Positions 55,635 to 64,000 of a stretch of DNA of 64,000 nucleotides are shown one piece after another. The DNA is from Raillietiella orientalis (lineage: Eukaryota): NCBI GenBank assembly GCA_036172245.1, contig JAYWIR010000057.1:1-64000 (forward strand), read 5' to 3'. Under the pieces are notes generated by a model. The model did no database searches. It was not told the origin of the DNA and worked only from the letters and a program-made list of their open reading frames with translations. Position numbers and translations under genes: made by a program. Each line of letters opens with the position of its first letter. Position 1 is the first letter of the stretch.

Positions 55635-57240
55635 AACTTCAGCACCAACTCGAAGAAGATGCTAAAGAGCAGAGGGCTTAAGTTGTCTCCCTGTCTGATG
55701 CCCAGCCTTACCGGCAGGCCACACACGTGAGAGCCGCTGAAACAGATAGAGATGATTTCGTAGCGCCAGCAAGAGCGCAAGTAGACCAGCAGGTTGCCCG
55801 AGAGACCGAGACGTTGCAAGTGTTGCAGAAGGACTTCCTTGTAGATGCAGTTGAACGCTTCGTGTAGATCGACTGCGATCGCCAAATCTCTCGGTATTTC
55901 TTCCCTCAGCCGGTTCTTACGCCTTTGGTCGGTAGTAGCTCTCACTACTACTCGCAAATCCAGCGCCACTCGTTACTGCAGTTGAAGCCATGTCCGTGCG
56001 AAAAGGAGGTTCGCATCCATGGACTGCCCAGGAACAGCATAAGACTTCTCCGGGCTACCAAGGACTTAGAGATGCTCCCTAGGCGCGCGAGGCAGAGCTT
56101 CGAGAACAAGTTGATGTTCGAATTCACCAAGATGATCGGACGCCAGTTGTTCAACAGGAGCAAATCCTCCGCTTTTCGGTAGGAGACGCACTTTCGCTAA
56201 GCAAAACAAGGAGGGGACATCGTCCGTGTCTTGCATCAGCGAAGAGAGTCTCGTTTTCAGGGGTATGAGCTCCTCCGCGAAACACTGGAAGAACTCCACT
56301 GGCAGGCCATCCTCGCCTTGCGTCTTCCACCTCTTGAGTCCCGCGATGGCTGAAGAGATTTCCACGGTCGTGAAGGGCTCGTCGAGACATACGCGTTGCT
56401 CATGAGGACGTCTCCAGGCGAGCAGCGACCTTTTCCCCGCACTACTCTCCCCAGGAAACATTTTCCTTGCCAAGGATTCCGAGAACCGCAGCAGAGCGTT
56501 CCCAAAGAAGCCGGAGGGCAACATAGTCCACTAGCAGGTGCAGGAGGGATTGTTACTCCCCGCAACATTCTGAGCTTACTCCCTCCAGCGATTAATGCTG
56601 TCAGCGTGCGTTGCGAGGGGGATCCCAATGCAAGAGAAGTGCCGACTCCAGTCCCCTCAGAGAGTGCGTGCTCATATCCTTCAGCACTGGAGGCCATTCA
56701 ACGTCTCCAAACTGAATGTCATGCAGCTCTCCCTTCGGCTCCTTCCTCGAGGACAGTCCTCGAGGAAGGATCCTTGGGGACGCGACTTCCGCCATTTGTC
56801 CCATGATTCAACCACTCATCATCTTCTGCCTTCCTGCGATCTCGCAGGAGACTTTCCACCGTGACCATTGGCTGATTCCCAGTGCGCTCCTCAGAAAATG
56901 CAGCAAGAAAGGTCGTCTATGCCCACTGCTCCTGCAGGGACACTCCAAGATCTTCCAAAACGAGAAGCGGACGTAGTTGCTGAATCGCAAGCAGTTTCAG
57001 GTTTCAGATATTGTCTTATTCAACTTTGCTTACATGGCAACGCTCCCCTCCAGCCAGGCGCTAGAGTTGACGGGACAACAGACCATCCATCTGTTCTGCT
57101 TCGCCAGGGTGGCCATGTGCCCAAGGAGGAGACCGCATCCTCTCATCCTTCGGCCGGGGCACAAAAGGTATGACGCAAGTCCTCTCGTTCTGCATACACA
57201 GCTGGCAGGGAGACGTGCGTCCCGGCACGTCGCCGGTGTA
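55635..57240 (-). mobile_element. Tx1/L1-clade ORF2 fragment (linker + RT domains 0-4)
   Basis: LDEPFTTVEISSAIAGLKRWKTQGEDGLPVEFF, NWRPIILVNSNINLFSK, AVDLHEAFN and GIRQGDNLSPLLFSIFFE. Confidence 0.9.
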
Positions 57241-57244
57241 AAAA

Positions 57245-57615
57245 CTTCCTCATTAGTTCTTACTATTGCTTGAGCACCACCTGTACAAATATGAATACAC
57301 TCCTCTCCACCGATTACCTGTATCGTAATATGATTATTGATGCAAGTGATTACATCTTCTTCGGTAGTTCTTTCTTGTAGATATTCGCACATGTGTAAAT
57401 TTTAATGAGATTGTCAAATGCATAACCCAGAAACACCAGGGATACAGGGAGCACTGGGATGTCTGTAGACTCATCCATTGGCAATGCACATTCACTGCAA
57501 AGCTCTTCTTCTATGTCAGAAGAAAGGTATTTGATGCGGCGTGAAACATTATTATTTGATATTATTGGAAAATTCTTATGCATCTATATTCTTCATCTCA
57601 GTTCTAGACTCATTT
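57245..57615 (-). mobile_element. hAT (Buster/ZBED5-SCAND3-like) transposase fragment
   Basis: SNNNVSRRIKYLSSDIEEEL...MDESTDI...LVFLGY, then after a frameshift TTEEDVITCINN...CIHICTGGAQA (cf. LDESTD and CTDGA motifs). No TIRs seen. Confidence 0.8.
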
Positions 57616-57960
57616 ATCTTCGCTAACGTGTCAACTGTTTCTTCTATCCAGGAGCTAGAGTCCGCGGAACTACAGACCATCCAACCCTTCTCCTTTGCCA
57701 GATTGACCACGCGTCTAAAAAGGAAACTGCATCTTCTGACCTTCCGGCTGCGACACAAAAAGTACGACGCAAGCCCTTTCGTTGGGGATACACTGCTGGC
57801 ATGAAATTTTGCAGGAATGCACCATAGGATGCTCCAGTATTTCCTTGCGATCGCCATGGTTCACATCGCTGTCCCAACTCCCCATGCACAAGTTCTTCAG
57901 CAAGACTCGCGCCTTCTGTTGTTCCACAGGTCGATTCGAAGATCTCTAGCCGGCTCTTAC
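57616..57960 (-). mobile_element. Tx1-family ORF2 linker fragment
   Basis: Nucleotide similarity to 57.02-57.2 kb and 63.6-63.83 kb (e.g. ccagg.gctagagt, cagaccatcca, gctccagta.ttc, tcgccatggttc). Confidence 0.7.
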
Positions 57961-57989
57961 ACGTCTCGAGGGAAAATGGAAACAAATTG

Positions 57990-58363
57990 CAGAAAGCCAA
58001 GGTGAAAACAGCAATAGTGTTCCAGACCGCGTTTCGTGCCGGCAAGTGAAACTTGCTCTCAGGGAATGAACCAGTCACCATCTCAACCTCCTGAAGACGG
58101 TTGGTCTAGAATTTCAAATGGCAAAATTCCCCCAACGGAACCCCAAGGTACACCGAGCACTATCCCGTGGGGATCTCCAAGCGGATCCAGTTAGGTCATC
58201 CAGCCCACGTCGCACCAACTGCAACCCCCGACGATTTTGCCCTGTTTACCTTCAGACTCATTCGCCGGCTTAACATCTAGAAGTACCGCTTGCTGGTGTG
58301 GACATGGCAAGCAGAAGCAATAGACTAACGGCATACGCCGACAAGGCAGGCGTACCGGAACAC
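57990..58363 (-). mobile_element. Tx1 RT domains 5-7; distal part of the host element split by a nested insertion
   Basis: TPALSAYAVSLLLL (degenerate YADD), VNRAKS and YLGVPLG. Continues the RT from the 60953 junction. Confidence 0.8.
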
Positions 58364-60952
58364 AAAGTTGCTCGCCAAATTATCGGCTGAGCAACTGGGA
58401 CGGAATCTGTGGTCGGTCTGAAGATGACTTACGCTGCTCCCGGACGAACTATGAAGGCCAACCTGTTCCTCACCAGCACAAGGTGGCAGTTGCGACAACG
58501 CAAAGCATAGACGAGTGAAGAGAATCCTGGGTTCTCCTCTGAACATGGAGGGGAAAACGAAGGAGAAAGTCGCGTTCGCAGCCCTTTAAGTCGCAGTCGG
58601 TTTGCGTAAAGCTCATGACTGCATCGACCGGGAACTCCTTCTGGAACTACTGGAACGCATGGGATTTCCGACCGTCTTTCCGGCTTATCTCCGCTCCTGC
58701 TGGCGATTCGCCCTCACCAATATTTGTTTCAGCGGCCGGCACGTGTATGGCGTGCCGGTTCGCTGCGTCATAGGGCAGGGGGACAGCCTGAGCCCCCTGC
58801 TCTTCAGCATCTACTTTGAGTTGTAGCTAAGAGCATACAGAGAGACTGGCAACTCTGCCGAGCTAGTGTCCCGGAACGCCTGCCGTGTCGGTCTATGCTG
58901 ACGACCTTCTGTTCCTGCTCCCCGGGTCCGCCCCAACTTCGGCACTCGAAGACTTCTTTGAGCTGCTGCGCCGCGGGGAGGGCCTAGAGTTGAACAGGGC
59001 GAAATCTTTAATAATTACTGTAAATACGGCTTAGGCTATATGGCCGGACTGAATCCGCCTGGGGAACCCTACGGGTAGGTACATCAAATACCTTGGCGTT
59101 CCGTTGGGGACTTCTGCGCTGCAGAAATCTGGTCCGACCGTCTCCAAAAGTGAAGTTGGCGATCGGCTTGTTCCGGAATGGCAAGTTTTACTTGCAGGAA
59201 CGGGCCACGGTGTGGAACGCTTTCCCAGCCTCCATTCTTCTGCTTTTACTTTTTGTTTGTTCGCCCCACCAATCATCAAAAAACAAAACGTGGGCTTCCT
59301 GAGGCAAACCCTGTGGGGCACACGGAGGTCCCGTGTCCGTTTCAAAGACTTGTGAGTAACGAAAAACGCAGGGACGGTGGATTGGGCCTTCTTACGCTAA
59401 AGCGCATGGAGCGGCAGCTCCAATTTCGAAAACTCGCCCTTACGGCGAAGTTCTGGACCACGCCCTGGTGCGAACCTTCACGCCTCCTCGCCAGCAGTGC
59501 GACCAGCTGAGAAGGATATTCTTCGATCCTTGTGTCTTACGAACGCAGCCTCAACAGCTCTAGAGATCAGCTGCGCCAGATGTTAGCTCTGATGAGGAAC
59601 AACACGTGGATCTCCTGCTTCCCTGCGAACTCTACTGCCTGGCTTCAGGAGTCAGTTTCCGCGTGGACCATGATCAACGGCTCGAGCGAGGCGGAATACA
59701 CCTGATAGCCGACGTCATGTTCCCGTCGGCTATTGCGGTGACCTCTCGAGAGCTCACCTGCGACTCCAACTGGCGATGGGTTTTGTCATGGCGCGGATGC
59801 AACAGATCGTTGCGACAACCGCATCTAACGAGAGGACGCCTGGCGTGAAGAAGCGGCTTATTAAAATCATTGCGGTTTCCCCTTGGTGGAGGAGCGCTCG
59901 AGCCAGCCTCTGACACAGTCCTTGGAGGAACCGCAGTCGAAGAGCAGATGAGGGAGCGATTCCGCTTCATTGCACCAACGCAAGCAACTCTAAGCATCTT
60001 TTACTCCTTTTAACCCAGTGCTGTACTCTCTGAGGAACGTTAGGGATAGCGACGAACGGTGAACATGGGAAGTGTCTTGCTTCATGAGAGGCACGAAAAA
60101 ATCGTTAAAGGGGTTGACAATTCGGGAGCTAGCGGACGCTGTGACCCCGTACGTCCCGCCGAAAGAACTAGCGTGCTGGGGTGAGCTGTTCTCAATACCT
60201 CTGGAGAAGGTGAAGTGTCCTCTAGCGTGTTCTGGTAGCGGCATTCTTCTGATGATGTGGGAAGAAACGCCGTTGCTCTTAGATTGAAAAATCCTCTGCA
60301 GAGCACGCCTCTCTCATGGACACTTGGAAGTGCAAATGCCCATTGTGCAGGGTGCAGTGAAAGGGAAACCTACCCGCATCTCCTAATAGAGTGCGTCGCC
60401 CTCGGTGAACTTTGAGATCGACTCTAGTCTATCCTGAATATTCCAGGGGGAGACCCTATAGACATTTTCCAGCACCTCTTTATGCGTGATGTCCTACCCT
60501 CCTCCGCGTCTCTAGCTGTTGTCTGCAGTTTTCGCGGCATTCTGGCAAGATGGAACGCCAAAAGATACCAAAAAGGAAGGGTTGCCATCCACTGGACGAT
60601 GATCTTTTTGGAGACCGCGACAAGATTGCACCACCGAAATAATACAACAGCAGCACTTGTCAGCATCCTGAATAGGATGCGGAGGATCAATCCAGACTTG
60701 CAGTGATCCATTCCCTGCCCCCCACTCTTTTCCGAAAAAACATTTTTCTCCCCTTTTTAATTCTTTTTGTTTATTTTTTGTTTGGCTTTTCTGTTCGCCG
60801 CTGGAGAGGACCTCACAGGTCTTAGCAACATTTGATAGCAAATCTCCTGAACGTGGTAGAACCAAGTGTTTTACCGCAGAAACATAATTTTGAGTTTATT
60901 AAATTTTGATAAAAAATTTCATAATAAAAGCCCCGGCATTTCTGAGTGATAA
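58364..60952 (+). mobile_element. 5'-truncated Tx1/L1-clade retrotransposon with complete 3' end and 10-bp TSD
   Basis: KLLAKL, GQGDSLSPLLFSIYFE, YADDLL (~58896), YLGVPLG, GGLGL and CPLCRV..ETYPHLLIEC, stop at 60706, then a T-rich UTR. TSD ACCGGAACAC (58354-58363) / ACCAGAACAC (60953-60962). Confidence 0.92.
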
Positions 60953-62600
60953 ACCAGAACACGTGCTCTGCAGAGTGGCCAGAGTTGCCCTGTATCCACT
61001 CAGCACATACTCAAAGTAGGTGGTGAAGTATAGGGCACTCACGCTTTCTCTTTGCCTTATGCCACACCGCAACGGCAGATATCAATTTGAGGGAGAAATG
61101 AATCCGCGTCTCTAGGAGTGCGGGTTGACCGCTAAGGCGGGTCAGCAGCTGATGCGTTCCAGGTGCTTCAGAAAAAGCTCTCGGTCCGCATAGTCGAACG
61201 CTTTGTGCAGATCGACTGAAATCGTTAGGGCTCCCGCCCAGTTCTACCTTGCCTGCCCAGCGGAAACCCACAAACTGGAGTTGCCGACAAGACCCTTTCT
61301 TTTTTTTCCTCGCGTAGCACACGAAACCATGTGCTGGAGAAGAACAGGCTGGCGTCCATGCTCCGCCCAGGAACAGAGTAAGTCTGCTCCATGCTTTTAA
61401 AGCTTTTTGCCACCTCTCCCAAACGCGCAGCCCGCAGTCCTGCCAGCAACTTGGCGTTTGCGTTCACGACGGTGATCGGACTTTAGTTGCTTAATTATTT
61501 GAGGTCTCCTGACTTTAAAAGAGGATAAGCCCTTGCTGACTGAAACGAGGCGGGAAACATTTCCTTCGTCCCGATCACCTTTATCAACCTAAGCACCAAA
61601 GGAGTCGACTCTCACGCGAAACACTAATGGAATCCCGTAGGAAAACTGTTATCCCTTGGCTGTTTTCGCCTCTTGAGCTTTCCGATAGCGCTGATAATCT
61701 CATTGGTCGTGAAAAAGTGGAAAAAACATTTCGTATCTACCTCTCCCATTGCCGGGGCATCGGCAGTAGCATGAATCGCAAAAAATCCTGCTTCGGAGGT
61801 GCCCTGGCATGAAGGTAGGTTGGAATCTTTGCAAGAGGCTTTGTATAGTACCAGGGGCCGATTGTTGCCGTCGCTTGTCGTTAGCAGGCTGGGGGGTCCG
61901 AGATGCCAGGTTTGACGATCGACCCCGACTCGGTACTCGGTCAGGCAACGGACGTTGAAGGTCCTCAAGTAATGTCGGACATGCAGATACGGTTTTTTGT
62001 TAAGGGCATGCTTCCCCGAATCCAATGGACAAGCGATCCGGAAGAAATTGCTTGCAGAACTCGCAGACCAAGCGTTTGATGCGGTTTTAGTTCTCGAGAT
62101 TCTCAAGAGTGAACACCCTCAGGAACTAGCTGAGATCTTCTGCTGCTTCTGGAAGGTTCTTACAGTTCTTCGGCATACGTCACACCTTCGAAGAAGATCC
62201 CCCATTACGCGGGAATACCTCGAGTTCAGGCCGCGAATGGTCGAACAGAGTCGATTCCACTCTGCCTCGCATTCCGACCTGTCGACAAAGGTCGTAGTCG
62301 AAGAACAGGTAGTTGTCGCTGTCCTCCATTCCCGGCTGTCTTTCCAGCAAGTTTCCCAAGCTCATCTTTGCGCACAGATGGTTGTCCGCGTGCTTCTGCT
62401 CGCAGAGCGTTTCTATCAACGGGCGGAGGTTTAAACCTACACCTATTAATTACTCCCGGAGCACACCTGCCCCCTCCAGCTACTTGCACTTCGGCTCGCT
62501 GAGGAATGTTTTTCTCGAGCCGTTTTTTCCACTGGGAGTTGCCGCGGGGGCGTTCCTTATATAAGAGCAAAAAACCCACAACTCTCAGGGCGAAGCATGT
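60953..62600 (-). mobile_element. Tx1 ORF2 fragment (linker + RT domains 0-4); proximal part of the host element
   Basis: FTTNEIISAIGKLKRRKQPRDNSFP, VNANAKLLA and LPLRCGIRQRESVSALYFTTYFE. Confidence 0.8.
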
Positions 62601-62614
62601 AGCTTTCTACATCC

Positions 62615-62735
62615 AATTGCTCACTGAACCTGCCGGGTCGCCGGTATTCAGTACGACGAACTCACATCGGCAACGGTGGGGCAGGGAAAAAAAAAATTAA
62701 ACATGAAAAAAATGAAATAAATAAAAACACTCTGA
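62615..62735 (-). mobile_element. Probable Tx1-family 3'UTR/3'-end remnant
   Basis: Minus-strand T-rich tract, ccctgccccac, and terminal-like GAATACCGGCGACCCGGCAGGTTCAGTGA. Confidence 0.45.
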
Positions 62736-62739
62736 AGGG

Positions 62740-64000
62740 CCTGGAAGGGGGATCAGTGCTCCCTGGAGGAAGTGTCCATTCTTTACCGGATGTTAGCGAG
62801 GTCCTTTTGCATACTCCTCAGGTGGGGCCGTTGGGTCCAAGCAGCTATCCGCTGGAAGCAAACTGCTTATTCGACGGCATCCCTTTCGTCCTTTTCTTCC
62901 AGGGTTTTGCTCCACGCTGCCACAATCCCTCGGACGCAGAAGAATGCTGCCAGGACTGTGGCCGGCTGCAGTGCGTCTTGCAAAAGACGGACAGACACGT
63001 AAAACGTCTCTGAAGGGGCTGCCAGCCGGAATCCGGAGGATCGTTGTGGAAGGTTCCTATGGGAACCGGAGTCAGTCAGAACAGTCCACGAGCAGGTACG
63101 GGAGGGATTTGCGTTCTCCAGCCTGTGACAGTCCGGGCATGCCCTCCCGAACGTCCAATGGTGCTGACGTGCGTAGCAAGGAAAACCCCAGTACTACAGC
63201 AGAAGCGCAGACCCCTGCCTTTTCAGGGAGAGGGTGCTGCTGTTCATGAGCACTGGGGCAACTCCAGGACTTTGGAAAGAATACCGAACAGCTCACTCCA
63301 GCGTTGTAGTCTCCGTGGAAGGACACTTCGGGTAGCAATATCTACCATCTGCCCCATGGTCCAACCACTCATCTATTTCCGTGTGTTGTTATTTAGCAGA
63401 AGACTTGCCACCTCGGCGTTCCGGTGCTGCTCAATGTTTTCCTCAGGAAAGGCATCATTGAGAAGAGGGTCACCTCCGCCCTCGTGCTCATGCCAAGACA
63501 CTCCATGATATTCTAGAGCGAGTTTCGGCCGTGGTTGCCGATTCGCAAGCAGGTTCACCTCTCGGTTGTCGTCACGTTCATCTTTGCGAGTGTCAGCTGT
63601 TTCCTCTATCCAGGCGCTCGAGTAGGCGCGGCATCAAATCATCCAGTCTTCTTATTTTCGTAAGGTTAACTATGCTATCGAAGAGAAGACCGCGTCTTCG
63701 CAGCTTGGGGAGCACGCACAAAGAGAAAGACGTGAGACTTTTTGTCCTGGCTTCGCGACTGGAGAAGAAAGCCGCAAGAACGCACCAAGGGGTGCTCCAG
63801 TACTTCGCTGCGATGGCCATCGTTCGCCATGGTTCTGGATTTCCATCCACTCTAGCGTCAGGACTCCCAGACCGCCCTCTCAATGCTGGGCGCACAAGTC
63901 CATCATCAGGACACAGGATGTACGATGTTCCAAAGGGCGTTTCTCAGAAAGACCTTCGTTTTCTTAACCTAGCTAGCTGTCCTTTGCTGCCTTTGTGGGA
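62740..64000 (-). mobile_element. Tx1-family ORF2 fragment (end of endonuclease region/linker), probably continuing off the window
   Basis: Paralogous to 56.3-57.9 kb (cccatg.t.caaccactcatc at ~63352 vs ~56800; AIAAKYWS vs AIARKYWS). Confidence 0.7.

Noticed and set aside
60956..60990. Similarity to the sequence following the 52717 terminus, suggesting a shared target
   Set aside because: 60956 onward is explained as antisense RT coding sequence, so the short similarity is probably chance.

Overview
Eukaryotic (animal-like) heterochromatic window at the edge of a satellite array. Bases 1-~39,760 are about 143 head-to-tail copies of a ~278-bp satellite. The array has two homogenised sub-domains, local multimer duplications, dense dyad symmetry and an RFX X-box-like 14-mer in each monomer. 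It decays into old, diverged monomers (~39.8-42.2 kb), one of which is split by a 5'-truncated LINE with a target-site duplication (TSD). Beyond the array lies an intron-containing, frameshifted MMS22L-like pseudogene (minus strand, ~43.6-48.0 kb). It is followed by nested, decayed non-LTR retrotransposons: many Tx1/L1-clade fragments sharing a poly(A)-less 3'-terminal motif, one NeSL/Utopia-like RLE element, and a Buster-type hAT transposase fragment. No intact protein-coding gene, RNA gene or CRISPR array is supported. Protein-family calls come from manual translation compared with remembered family motifs, not from database searches.
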